The translations under genes and the position numbers were made by a program. Source: a virus. Taken from it: a DNA stretch of 64,000 nt. Below are positions 36,500 to 45,704 of the stretch, one piece after another (the first letter of the stretch is position 1; each line of letters begins with the position of its first letter). Under the pieces are notes generated by a model. That model saw only the letters and a program-made list of their open reading frames with translations. It had not been told where the DNA came from and ran no database searches. Location: IMG/VR virus record IMGVR_UViG_3300035698_022389, positions 1 to 64,000 of that record. One strand, given 5' to 3'.

Positions 36500-37177
36500 A
36501 TGAAAAACTTTATCAGACATGCAACTTTGAGGGCATCCTCTAAAAAAGTTATTGATGCTTTTATCTTAAAGAAACCCCTTGAAAACCAATCTATGACTTC
36601 AACGGGGAAAGAACTCTCAAGTATTTCGATGGGTGGCCAACTACTTGCCAAATGGGTAGGCCGAAAAATAGCATTTGTAGGATTAGAGTCTTCTCGGACT
36701 GTATCCTCTATAGTTAGGTATCTTACGAAAAAGGCTGGTCACTCAATGGTGACTTTCGATTATGACCGAAAGGGTTTTAATCGGTCTATTCATTTTCAAA
36801 CGGGTGGGGATGTAAACGGTCCTCAGTATGATGGTTATGTTTATGCCAGGTTGCCTTGGCGGGATAACCAGTTTGTGGGCCAGTTAACTTGGACTGAGTA
36901 TCAGGATGAGTACAGTGTCCGAATGATTGAGGTTTTACCTGAATACCGAAGGACTGGTATTGGTAAAGCTCTGATGGAGTATTTTATGAAAGATCAAAAG
37001 ATTACTAAATCTGATATTAATACAGGGATGAGAACTCCTGATGGTTCTAAATTTTGGGATAAGTTATCCAAAGGGATGGAACACCCTGAGAATTTAAGAG
37101 CTAAAGTAATTAAGCTGGCTCACGAGAACCCTAAGTTACGAAAGCATTTAGTTCCTATTTTGAAAGAGGCTGAATAA
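36500..37177 (+). CDS. GNAT-like acetyltransferase domain protein with C-terminal LRKHLVPILK motif
   Basis: VRMIEVLPEYRRTGIGKALME (GNAT motif A); VIKLAHENPKLRKHLVPILKEA at the C-terminus. Confidence 0.7.
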   Translation: MKNFIRHATLRASSKKVIDAFILKKPLENQSMTSTGKELSSISMGGQLLAKWVGRKIAFVGLESSRTVSSIVRYLTKKAGHSMVTFDYDRKGFNRSIHFQTGGDVNGPQYDGYVYARLPWRDNQFVGQLTWTEYQDEYSVRMIEVLPEYRRTGIGKALMEYFMKDQKITKSDINTGMRTPDGSKFWDKLSKGMEHPENLRAKVIKLAHENPKLRKHLVPILKEAE

Positions 37178-37437
37178 TGGGAACTGGTAATAATAACAAC
37201 GATATAACATTTTTTGATTCTGGCCCAAACAAAACGAAATACATGCTAGCTACAGTAAATTCTACTATAAATAGCGATAAAGATACAAACAAGTATCCAC
37301 CGACTGAAAGACTAATAACGACTGAAACTATTGAAGTATATATTGGGGTTGGTGATCGTGCAGAATTTGTTACACATATTTTTGATGCAAAGAAGGCTGA
37401 AAACCAAAGGTTAAATAGAAAACTGAGTTCTTATTAG
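37177..37437 (+). CDS. Hypothetical protein (86 aa)
   Basis: TAATG coupling to the upstream gene; no motif. Confidence 0.45.
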   Translation: MGTGNNNNDITFFDSGPNKTKYMLATVNSTINSDKDTNKYPPTERLITTETIEVYIGVGDRAEFVTHIFDAKKAENQRLNRKLSSY

Positions 37438-37464
37438 GTGGAAAAGGGAAGGAAACCTTTCAAA

Positions 37465-38763
37465 ATGTCTAAAGATTTATCAAAGTTAGTAAAGAAGTTA
37501 GCTTCTGATAATCCTGAACTAAGGAAGCATTTAGTACCCCTTCTGAAAGAAGCTGTTGTACCTATTAAACAAATGGCAAAAAAGGCTTCAATTAAAACAG
37601 TGGAGCAGTTTGGATTATTTAAAGTTTATGGGCCTTATACAGATATAGCTCCTTTGATTAAGTCTTTGAAGCAGTGGGGTTTTAGATATGAGCCTGTTCA
37701 TAAAGTTTGGGAGATGCCTTTAGAAAAGGTAACCCCAGCTTTACGTAAAAGATTGGATAAATTAATTGCAAAACAAACTCCTTGGGAGGATATTTTGCAA
37801 CAGGCTGTAACAAACGGTTGGGTTTTAAGTTTTGTTTATAACGAGGAATTGATTCAAGATGCTCGCAAATTAAAAGGGACTTGGGATAAAAAACATAAAT
37901 ATTGGGTATTCCCGACAGCAAGGGCTTATAAGGAGATGTCTGATATTGTTAAAGATAAAGAAGACATTTTGAATGAGATACTAAAAAAGAAAGAGGGTTA
38001 TCTGCAACAAAAAAAGGAGGCCCTGCGTAAGGGTTGGTTTGTACAGTTTGATTATGATACAGATTTGATAAAAGAAGCCAAATCTTTAAATGGCTTATGG
38101 GACACTAATCAGAAGGTATGGGTATTTCTTGATATTTCTGATTATAAGAAAATGAAACGTGCCATACATGAGGATGATGATAAAGATGTCCCCTCAAATG
38201 CTATTGTACGCAGTCAATCTAGTAAGAACAAGACTCCTCGTTTTCAAAAAGGAGATTCCTTTAGAGACCCTGAAAATCATAAGGTTTTAACAGTTTTCAA
38301 CATAATGTCCAAATACTATGCTGAGGATGGAAGGTCCTTTGGTTTGGGTATGGATAGAGGTTGGGCACATTCGTTTTATTGTAAACTGGCCGGAAAAAAA
38401 GGGGTGGCTGAAGTAGAATTACAAGAATTTAAAGAATTGTCTCGGCAGCAAATGGTTAAGGCATACCAGAATATGGTTAAGATGTTTAAGAAAAAAGGGA
38501 AATTCCCCAAACCTGGCTCAAAATTGATAACTTTACGTGGGAAAAAACATATGGAATCCGATACCTCCTCTATTCTTTATGGTGGCGGGCATTGGTTTGT
38601 GGTTGAGAGTGGTAAAATATGGTATGTAGAGAACAACGGGGCAGATGGTGATAATTGGGCTCATAACAATATTGCCACATCTGGTGCGGGGGCATTAGGG
38701 TGGTATCTCCCTTATTCTGAGGGGTTAGCTGAGGAGCTTAAAATTATGGATAAGAAACTTTGA
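37465..38763 (+). CDS. Tagged protein with three internal repeats (DUF5710-like A(K/R)xLxGxWDxxxKxW)
   Basis: N-terminal KLASDNPELRKHLVPLLKEA; repeats WGFRYEPVHKVW, ARKLKGTWDKKHKYW, AKSLNGLWDTNQKVW. Confidence 0.7.
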   Translation: MSKDLSKLVKKLASDNPELRKHLVPLLKEAVVPIKQMAKKASIKTVEQFGLFKVYGPYTDIAPLIKSLKQWGFRYEPVHKVWEMPLEKVTPALRKRLDKLIAKQTPWEDILQQAVTNGWVLSFVYNEELIQDARKLKGTWDKKHKYWVFPTARAYKEMSDIVKDKEDILNEILKKKEGYLQQKKEALRKGWFVQFDYDTDLIKEAKSLNGLWDTNQKVWVFLDISDYKKMKRAIHEDDDKDVPSNAIVRSQSSKNKTPRFQKGDSFRDPENHKVLTVFNIMSKYYAEDGRSFGLGMDRGWAHSFYCKLAGKKGVAEVELQEFKELSRQQMVKAYQNMVKMFKKKGKFPKPGSKLITLRGKKHMESDTSSILYGGGHWFVVESGKIWYVENNGADGDNWAHNNIATSGAGALGWYLPYSEGLAEELKIMDKKL

Positions 38764-39140
38764 TGTGGTGGGTTTATGTAATTCAATCTCAAGAAGTCCG
38801 GACAGGTAAAAAAGGAAATATTTTACCAGGGTTTCATTATGTAGGGTGTACTACTGATCCGGCTCGAAGGTTGCGTGAGCACAACGGTTTGTTGTCTGGG
38901 GGCGGGAAATATACCAGCAAGCACCGTCCTTGGGTGGCCCGAAGTCTTTATGGTCCTTATTTTGGCAGGTCTGAAGCAATGAAGGCTGAGTATGCTTTAA
39001 AGCATGGGAAACGCAGTACAGCTCGAACACGGTGGTCTGTAGAAGATTCCCCTTGGTGTCGAGGATTAGGTCCGAACGATCCGTGGGTGGTCAACGGTAT
39101 TTTTCCTATAGAACTCTGTAAGAAGGAGGAGTTTTTATAA
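38760..39140 (+). CDS. GIY-YIG nuclease, SLX1-like
   Basis: WVYVIQS...HYVGCTTDPARRLREHNG..GGGKYT..HRPW...EAMKAE. Confidence 0.82.
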   Translation: MMWWVYVIQSQEVRTGKKGNILPGFHYVGCTTDPARRLREHNGLLSGGGKYTSKHRPWVARSLYGPYFGRSEAMKAEYALKHGKRSTARTRWSVEDSPWCRGLGPNDPWVVNGIFPIELCKKEEFL

Positions 39141-39180
39141 GGTGTTGGCTGAAATAAAAAGAAAGCAAGGAGAAGTTAAA

Positions 39181-39705
39181 ATGAGTAATTTACGTTCAGA
39201 ATTAGTGAAGCTAGCCAGTGACAACCCTGGGTTTCGAAAACACCTGGTTCCTATTCTGAAAGGGGAGCCTAGAAGTATGAAAAGGGCAAATGTTATGAAA
39301 AAAGAAGCTGGTGGTATGGCTAGCGCCTTAGATTTAGTGTTTTTGATCATAAGTCAGGAATCCTCTTCCAAAGGTCAGAAGATGTTTATGGATACTAAGA
39401 AAGCTCTTGAGTCTGATGAGCAGTCCAAGAAATTGATGTCCGAGGTGTTAAGGGGGGTGGCAAGATCCTTAATACTTGACCAAAAGGAAAACACGGCTTT
39501 AAACTACATCCGTATGGCAATGAAGAATGTTAGATCCGCCGGATCTGCCAGGAATTCTATTTTCAAGGCTGCTCATGCTCTTGGTATCAAACTTCCAAGT
39601 TCTATATTTGCATCTAATGACTCTGAATTACAGGAACAATTACAGAAGCTGGCCAATGAGAACCCAGAAGGTATCAGGAAGCATTTGGTTCCTCTTTTAA
39701 GATAA
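39181..39705 (+). CDS. Hypothetical protein with the tag at both ends
   Basis: AAGGAG RBS; N-terminal LRSELVKLASDNPGFRKHLVPILK, C-terminal LQKLANENPEGIRKHLVPLLR*. Confidence 0.7.
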   Translation: MSNLRSELVKLASDNPGFRKHLVPILKGEPRSMKRANVMKKEAGGMASALDLVFLIISQESSSKGQKMFMDTKKALESDEQSKKLMSEVLRGVARSLILDQKENTALNYIRMAMKNVRSAGSARNSIFKAAHALGIKLPSSIFASNDSELQEQLQKLANENPEGIRKHLVPLLR

Positions 39706-39792
39706 CTTGGACTTTGATTTAGGTGGTTAGAAGATTACTTAAGTGAAATTGAGTTGGAAATTATAATACTTTCTATGTGAAAGGGTGGTGGA

Positions 39793-40581
39793 ATGAGTGA
39801 TACAAAATATTTACAGTTATTTCCAGTAATAGATAAAGCAGTAAAGAAATATTTATCTAAGTCCAAATATATAAAACGAATTAGGCTCAAAGGCAAAGAT
39901 AAACATTCTATTCTATATAGTGTGGATTGGGCATTTGAACCTCATAAAGATGCTCCAATCCCAGAATACTTTGCGGTAACTAGCACAGGGAGAACTCTTT
40001 ATTTGGAGTTGAGTGTCCCAGGGTTCTTTAGTTATTCATCACCAACTGAAATGTCTATGGATTTAGAGATTGCTCTTATCAACCCTGTTAAGGTTGAACA
40101 GAAGATTAAAGAGATTGCAAGAGCTATTGACCCTATAGCTTCCAAGGTGTTGACCGAAATAAAAAGAAAGCAAGGAGAAGTTAAAACGAGTAATTTACGT
40201 TCAAAGTTAGTGAAGTTATCCAATGAGAATCCTGATGGTATCAGGAAACATTTGGTTCCATTGCTGAAACAGGCTTTGGCTGGTCCAGATAAGAGTGGTC
40301 GGAATTGGAAAGAAATCAATGATTCCAAAGGTCATCGGTGGATGTGGTCTGGTAAACCTGGTCCTGTATTTGGGGTTTACGAATTTGAAGGCCCAGGAAT
40401 CCCTCTATACCGTCTTCAGACAATTTTAGACGATGGGGGTATGCTGAAATGGAAACGTCAGGTGAAAGACCCGAAAATGGCTTTTGCTCAAGCAGCCTCC
40501 GTTTGGAAAATGTTCCATGCTGATGGGACTATGGGCGGCAATCTTTTAATGGGTTGGAAAAGGATGGCTTCTAATAGATGA
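39793..40581 (+). CDS. Two-domain hypothetical protein with an internal tag
   Basis: Internal LRSKLVKLSNENPDGIRKHLVPLLKQA separates two regions. Confidence 0.7.
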   Translation: MSDTKYLQLFPVIDKAVKKYLSKSKYIKRIRLKGKDKHSILYSVDWAFEPHKDAPIPEYFAVTSTGRTLYLELSVPGFFSYSSPTEMSMDLEIALINPVKVEQKIKEIARAIDPIASKVLTEIKRKQGEVKTSNLRSKLVKLSNENPDGIRKHLVPLLKQALAGPDKSGRNWKEINDSKGHRWMWSGKPGPVFGVYEFEGPGIPLYRLQTILDDGGMLKWKRQVKDPKMAFAQAASVWKMFHADGTMGGNLLMGWKRMASNR

Positions 40582-40622
40582 ACGCTATTTAGAATTATTT
40601 CTAGTTATTTAAGGAAAATACA

Positions 40623-41519
40623 ATGAGTAATGGAATTAAAGACCTCAAAATATTGTTGGATATTAATGCTACATATCCTAAATTTGGTTCCCCTGAGTAT
40701 GAGCAGATGGTTACAAAGGCTGTTCTGCTCAAGAAGCCCTTGTTAGTAGCTTATACAAAGTTTGTTCAAAAAGAGGCATCTAAAGACAGGTCTGCCGATC
40801 CTGCAATGGTGTTCTTAGGTTCTATGGCTATGAATATTAATAGGGATTTTACAAAGCTGATTACCTCCACATCCAAGAACTATCCTGATTGGATATCTTT
40901 GTACAATGGTTTGGTTCCTAGAGGTAGAAAAATAGGTGGTAAAGCATATAAGTCAGCTTTTGCTAAAGGATTTGATGCAGCACATGGTCGAGGGACATTT
41001 GTTAGGGCTGAATTAAACAACAAGAAACAGAGGGCTTCTAGTAATTTACGTTCAAAATTAAGCCGTGATGAGAAAATACCAAGATATACAGAGTTATTAT
41101 CAGCCAGGATTTCCAAATTGGCTTCGGACTATCCTGAGTTACGAAAGCATTTGGTCCCTTTATTGAAACAGGGTTCCATTTTCAAATATGAGTCTTCTAC
41201 ACCTATAGACAAAAGGGTTCTGGTTAGAAACCTTAATAAAGTCCTTGGGAATGTTTCTAGAGGATTCTTCAATGATGAGCATTGGAGAGGGCCTAAGAGA
41301 GTATGGGATGCTTTGAATAAGATAGGTATAACTTGGGAGCAGACAAAGAACTTCTATGATGGGAAAATGCCCCCACAATCAAAGACTTGGAAGTTTGAAG
41401 TTGAGTTCACCTCTAAAAAAGGTAGGGCAGCTAAATTATATGGTCACATGGTAGCATCTGGTGCTGGTTCTGTAAATGACCCCTTGAGCCGTTATGATAT
41501 TGTCGTTTACGTAGGATAA
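40623..41519 (+). CDS. Two-domain hypothetical protein with an internal tag
   Basis: SNLRSKL...ISKLASDYPELRKHLVPLLKQG in the middle. Confidence 0.7.
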   Translation: MSNGIKDLKILLDINATYPKFGSPEYEQMVTKAVLLKKPLLVAYTKFVQKEASKDRSADPAMVFLGSMAMNINRDFTKLITSTSKNYPDWISLYNGLVPRGRKIGGKAYKSAFAKGFDAAHGRGTFVRAELNNKKQRASSNLRSKLSRDEKIPRYTELLSARISKLASDYPELRKHLVPLLKQGSIFKYESSTPIDKRVLVRNLNKVLGNVSRGFFNDEHWRGPKRVWDALNKIGITWEQTKNFYDGKMPPQSKTWKFEVEFTSKKGRAAKLYGHMVASGAGSVNDPLSRYDIVVYVG

Positions 41520-41538
41520 AATTTAAGGATAAATTAAG

Positions 41539-41991
41539 ATGAGTACTTTACGAGATAAAGTAATAAAACTTGCCCACAAGAATCCTGAACTTAGGAAACA
41601 CCTGGTTCCGTTACTAAAGAGTGCTGGTGGTGGGATATATCAAATTTTCTTTAATATATTTAAGGAAGCCTTTAAAGAATCTTGTACTAAACTATACACT
41701 CAATTTTACCGTGATTATCGTTGGGAGGATATAGAAGGAGTGTCTTCAAGTATCCAACCAGGACTTTGGCAAGTTGTTTCTAAATATAGTCCTATGGTTG
41801 CAGTTTCTTATCATGTGACTGGTACGAAACTGACTATTACTTGTAGTCTTTTAAATCTTCATCATTCTCTATCTAAAATGGAAAAGGTTATTCCTTTGGG
41901 GGAATTTCTAGCCCGTGATATGACTGAAAAAGACATGCAAATCCTTATTATGAAATTCATTATTAGTTGTGCTAAGAGGGTTTGGAGATAA
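41539..41991 (+). CDS. Hypothetical protein with N-terminal tag
   Basis: LRDKVIKLAHKNPELRKHLVPLLKSA. Confidence 0.7.
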   Translation: MSTLRDKVIKLAHKNPELRKHLVPLLKSAGGGIYQIFFNIFKEAFKESCTKLYTQFYRDYRWEDIEGVSSSIQPGLWQVVSKYSPMVAVSYHVTGTKLTITCSLLNLHHSLSKMEKVIPLGEFLARDMTEKDMQILIMKFIISCAKRVWR

Positions 41992-42139
41992 GAATCCTAA
42001 ACTCCGACCTCATCTGGTTCCATTATTGAAAATAGCAGCTATTTTCAATAATGATTTCTCTGAGCTAATCGATAAAAGGATTCTGGTCAGGAAACTTAAT
42101 AAGGAGAATCTTATTATACAGGATGTAAGTTATAAATGA
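41969..42139 (+). pseudogene. Remnant tagged ORF (not in the supplied ORF track)
   Basis: Frame from 41990 reads KNPKLRPHLVPLLKIA...IDKRILVRKLNK...*, resembling IDKRVLVRNLNK in 40623..41519. Only a GTG at 41969 is available as a start. Confidence 0.55.
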
Positions 42140-42175
42140 CCACTAAAATGGGATTAACCTCAAGGAGAAATTACG

Positions 42176-42706
42176 ATGAGTGATTTACGTTTAAATTTAG
42201 TGAAGTTAGCCAATGATAACCCTGATGGTATCAGGAAGCATTTGGTTCCTCTATTAAAACAGGCTAAAACCTATGACTTTGAGGAAGGGGACCCCATAGG
42301 AACTAATGAGAAAATGTGGGCTGAATATAAACCTAGTCTTAAACTTCAAGTACAGAAGTTGGAGCAGCTCGGTCTGAGATACATTAAAGTGCAACGTCAT
42401 GGTATGTTGGCTTTGTCATTCAAATATAAGAAATGGACAATTGAGATATCAATCCTTCGGTTATTTGAGTTGAGAAACGTAAAAGGTCTGGGTGCTTTTG
42501 CCAGTCGTTTCGGTAAATTAGAACAGTTAATCGAAGACGAGATCCAAAATATCAAGCTGGCTGGTGGCCCACGTCAATATTCCCCGTTCTTCTCAACCTA
42601 TTATAGTAAGGTGAAAGCCATCATGGGAGGGGCAAAGACCAAAGGTTTGGCTATATCTTTTGTTACAGAAGTTATCAAAGAGATGGGTGTTCGGATTTGG
42701 ACATAA
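42176..42706 (+). CDS. Hypothetical protein with N-terminal tag
   Basis: AAGGAG RBS; LRLNLVKLANDNPDGIRKHLVPLLKQA. Confidence 0.72.
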   Translation: MSDLRLNLVKLANDNPDGIRKHLVPLLKQAKTYDFEEGDPIGTNEKMWAEYKPSLKLQVQKLEQLGLRYIKVQRHGMLALSFKYKKWTIEISILRLFELRNVKGLGAFASRFGKLEQLIEDEIQNIKLAGGPRQYSPFFSTYYSKVKAIMGGAKTKGLAISFVTEVIKEMGVRIWT

Positions 42707-42764
42707 TGAAATTTTAGGTTTTCAAAGTTAAAAAAAGTTTTGTAAGATATATAGCTTCTCGTAA

Positions 42765-42808
42765 AATGGCAAAACCCAGCAGGAATTAACCTGACGGGTT
42801 TTGTCGTT
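42765..42808 (+). terminator. Long stem-loop closing the tagged-ORF cluster
   Basis: AATGGCAAAACCC...GGGTTTTGTCGTT outer stem with inner CAGG/CCTG. Confidence 0.6.
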
Positions 42809-42934
42809 TGTGGTTTTGGCTGTGGATTTTTCTATGGAGACCTTAATTGGGTGCTGCTGTCAGAGTCTGATGTTCTGAATAGGTTCCTTATAATCCATAG
42901 GTAATAGGGGCTGTTTCCAGTATTGGAGTTTAGC

Positions 42935-43195
42935 ATGGCTGATAAAAAAACAGCAGGAGTTGCAAGTCGTCGGGTATATTCATATGTGGCTGATGATGGA
43001 ACTGTCTTTTATTCGTTTACAAAGACGAGACAGACGGTTTCCACTGGCAAACGATTAGTATTGCAAAGTCGGAATGGAACCCCTCTGCTCCCGTTCATGG
43101 TTTTCATGAGAGGACAGGCAGATAAAGAAGCTTCCGTCGAGGATGATTCTCGGCTGGAAAAAACAGAACAAATGAAAGGACAAACAGATGATTGA
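42935..43195 (+). CDS. Hypothetical protein
   Basis: GGAG RBS before ATG 42935; overlaps the next gene. Confidence 0.6.
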   Translation: MADKKTAGVASRRVYSYVADDGTVFYSFTKTRQTVSTGKRLVLQSRNGTPLLPFMVFMRGQADKEASVEDDSRLEKTEQMKGQTDD

Positions 43196-43643
43196 AGACA
43201 CTCAAGACATGGCCTCCGTAACCCAAGACTCCGAAATCAAAGAAGCACCTGCTTCAAGTCTTCCAACAGGGGAAGCTCTTGCTAACGATGACCCGCCCAC
43301 ATCAATTGGTGATGAACCCGAGGGTGGCAATTCTGACCCTTCATTCTTGGGCACTGTTGAGAAATCTGAACAAGACAGCATTATGGCTTTGCAGCAGAGT
43401 CATCAACAGCTTGTGTTTCAGCTGGGGAATACCGTTCTCCGTATATTTGAAACAGTGAATCGGGTTGGTGGCCTTGAAGATCAGATTCAGGGTGTTTACC
43501 AGGCCATCGGTAAGCGTTTGAATATCGGATCAAAAACTCGTTGGTCAGTGATGCAGGACGGATCAGTCCGAATCATCCCTGAGCAGCCCAGTGGTCCACA
43601 GGTCGTTCCTCCGCCGTCGGAGGGTGATAAATCGGAGGGCTAA
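43188..43643 (+). CDS. Hypothetical protein with a coiled-coil segment
   Basis: AAGGA RBS; tightly packed. Confidence 0.6.
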   Translation: MIEDTQDMASVTQDSEIKEAPASSLPTGEALANDDPPTSIGDEPEGGNSDPSFLGTVEKSEQDSIMALQQSHQQLVFQLGNTVLRIFETVNRVGGLEDQIQGVYQAIGKRLNIGSKTRWSVMQDGSVRIIPEQPSGPQVVPPPSEGDKSEG

Positions 43644-45056
43644 ATGTGTGCAGCAGGATGGGGACCAGCCCCAGGTGATCAACCACTTCCACCTCAAAAT
43701 GGGTCCGTAATAAGCCCATACATTGCAGGAGTTCTTGACCTTAATTGGGATGACCCATCCCTGCTGGCTAAAAATGCTGCTTGGGTGGTAGTAGGGGTTA
43801 ATATCTATCGGAGTGATGTCTCTGATAGAGGCCCCTTCTACCGCATTAATGAATTCCCTGTCGGGGGGACTTTTTATCGAGATTGGACTCAGAATGTTCA
43901 AGTTACAGAAACTGTAGCTTGGGCAGCTTGGACATATAAGGGTACAGGCCCTAATACCCGACAGTATTCATTTTCTACCACACAACACCCAGTCGTCAAA
44001 CAAGTACCTGAGCCTCCCTACGATAGGCCAACTCCTGCAAACATGCCCTCAGATGTGACTATCGTCATTGATGGTGTAGAAGTCCCCGTTAATTCCGTAT
44101 TCGGCCCCACAGGGGAGATTGTCCTCATTAATCAAGGTGTTTTCAACGTGGCTACGGAGAAGATTGAACCTGCATTACTCCCAACGGAAGATGCTGTAGT
44201 GGAGATATCATATTGGGTGAGTAAGAACCATATCCGTTCCAGCCTTGATACCAGCTTGTTTTACCGTTTGACTACTGTAGTAATAGATACCAGTACTCCG
44301 AGCGGTTATAAAGAAACTGAATTAGAATGGTGTAAGCCTATTTTGACCGCCACGGTTGAGGATATGGATTACATTTGGAGAGAGGCTGTCCGACGAAATG
44401 CCTGGATTCTACAACAGGGTGGGGAACGGGTAAAAATCTTCATTCGACGAACAACTGGGGTTCCTTGTAGCTGTGGACTTGATCCGAAGACAAAAGAGTA
44501 TTTAGGGCAGCACTCACAAAGATGTGTTTCCTGCTATGGCACAGGTTTTATTGGTGGGTTTGAGGGTCCCTATGAGGCAATTATTGCTCCCGATGACTTT
44601 GAGCGTCGGATGAGTCAAGGTCCTACAGGTCGTCGTAAAGAGCATACTGGTGAAGTTTTCATGGGGCCAAGTCCCGTTGTAACCCAACGCGACCTTATCG
44701 TGAAACAGACCAATGAACGGTATTCGATTGCTCCTTCCAGACGGCCTACTAACCGTGGTAATATGCTTCAACAGCATTTTACCATTGGGTATTTGGATGA
44801 ACAGGACATCAGGTACAAAGTACCTATTGATGGTGTGGCTGATCTCGTCCGTCCTCAGACTCGATATGGTTTCCGACAATATCCTTCGATGCCAGTGGAC
44901 GGGGAACTTTCATTCCCAGAATCCACAGCTCCTGATCAGGCAGCCTATCCTGAAGGTCCTGACTCTCAAACCCCGATGCAGACAGATAAGCAACCATGGG
45001 CAGAAGGGACTCAACAGAGAGGGCGTTCGCCGGTTTGGGAAAACCAAAACGAATGA
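43644..45056 (+). CDS. Probable neck / head-closure protein with zinc-binding insert
   Basis: GGERVKIFIRR...PCSC...RCVSCYGTGFIGGF; lies between head and tail genes. Function inferred. Confidence 0.55.
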   Translation: MCAAGWGPAPGDQPLPPQNGSVISPYIAGVLDLNWDDPSLLAKNAAWVVVGVNIYRSDVSDRGPFYRINEFPVGGTFYRDWTQNVQVTETVAWAAWTYKGTGPNTRQYSFSTTQHPVVKQVPEPPYDRPTPANMPSDVTIVIDGVEVPVNSVFGPTGEIVLINQGVFNVATEKIEPALLPTEDAVVEISYWVSKNHIRSSLDTSLFYRLTTVVIDTSTPSGYKETELEWCKPILTATVEDMDYIWREAVRRNAWILQQGGERVKIFIRRTTGVPCSCGLDPKTKEYLGQHSQRCVSCYGTGFIGGFEGPYEAIIAPDDFERRMSQGPTGRRKEHTGEVFMGPSPVVTQRDLIVKQTNERYSIAPSRRPTNRGNMLQQHFTIGYLDEQDIRYKVPIDGVADLVRPQTRYGFRQYPSMPVDGELSFPESTAPDQAAYPEGPDSQTPMQTDKQPWAEGTQQRGRSPVWENQNE

Positions 45057-45089
45057 TTTTCTTAGTAATATCAAGTACTTAGGTGGGTA

Positions 45090-45704
45090 ATGCCTCGTAT
45101 AAATTACAATCGAATCAGGGCTACCTATGGGAAAACATGGGCTAAGACAGGTGAGATTGAGATAGATGCCAGTATTCTTCAATTGATTGGGGAAACACTA
45201 GTGTCTGTGGTTAAAGTTGAGGCCAAGAATGATTTTGCAAAACGGGAGTGGTCACAGAATGACCCAATGGGAGGTCCTTCTATCGGTGATTCTTTCAAAT
45301 ATGAAATTTTAGGAGAGCGGACAGTCGTCCTCAAATCCAGTTTTTATGGGTTAGCTCAGTTGACTTCCAGGGAAGGAATTCCTGAACGAAAAATGACTTG
45401 GTTGACTCAGCAGGGTCAGATGAGGAATATTAAGAAACCTAAAGAGTTTGGTGAAGTCTCTAATGTTAAGTCTACATCTTCAAGCTCAAAACCCTTAGTA
45501 GTGCCTCTGACTACTAGCACAGGGGAGGTTATTTTCAGGATGGCACCGTTACGAACAGCAGATGCTTGGATTCATCCTGGTATTGCCAGATTTAATTTCA
45601 TGGAGAGGGCTGTTAGGAAAGCCAAGATTCAGGTAGATAAGATTATGACTGAATACTGTGGTAATGTCATAAGTGCAGGGATCGCCGAGGTTTTTAATGA
45701 TTGA
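45090..45704 (+). CDS. Probable tail-completion / neck protein
   Basis: Position; basic C-terminal WIHPGIARFNFMERAVRKA typical of HK97 gp10-like proteins. Confidence 0.45.
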   Translation: MPRINYNRIRATYGKTWAKTGEIEIDASILQLIGETLVSVVKVEAKNDFAKREWSQNDPMGGPSIGDSFKYEILGERTVVLKSSFYGLAQLTSREGIPERKMTWLTQQGQMRNIKKPKEFGEVSNVKSTSSSSKPLVVPLTTSTGEVIFRMAPLRTADAWIHPGIARFNFMERAVRKAKIQVDKIMTEYCGNVISAGIAEVFND

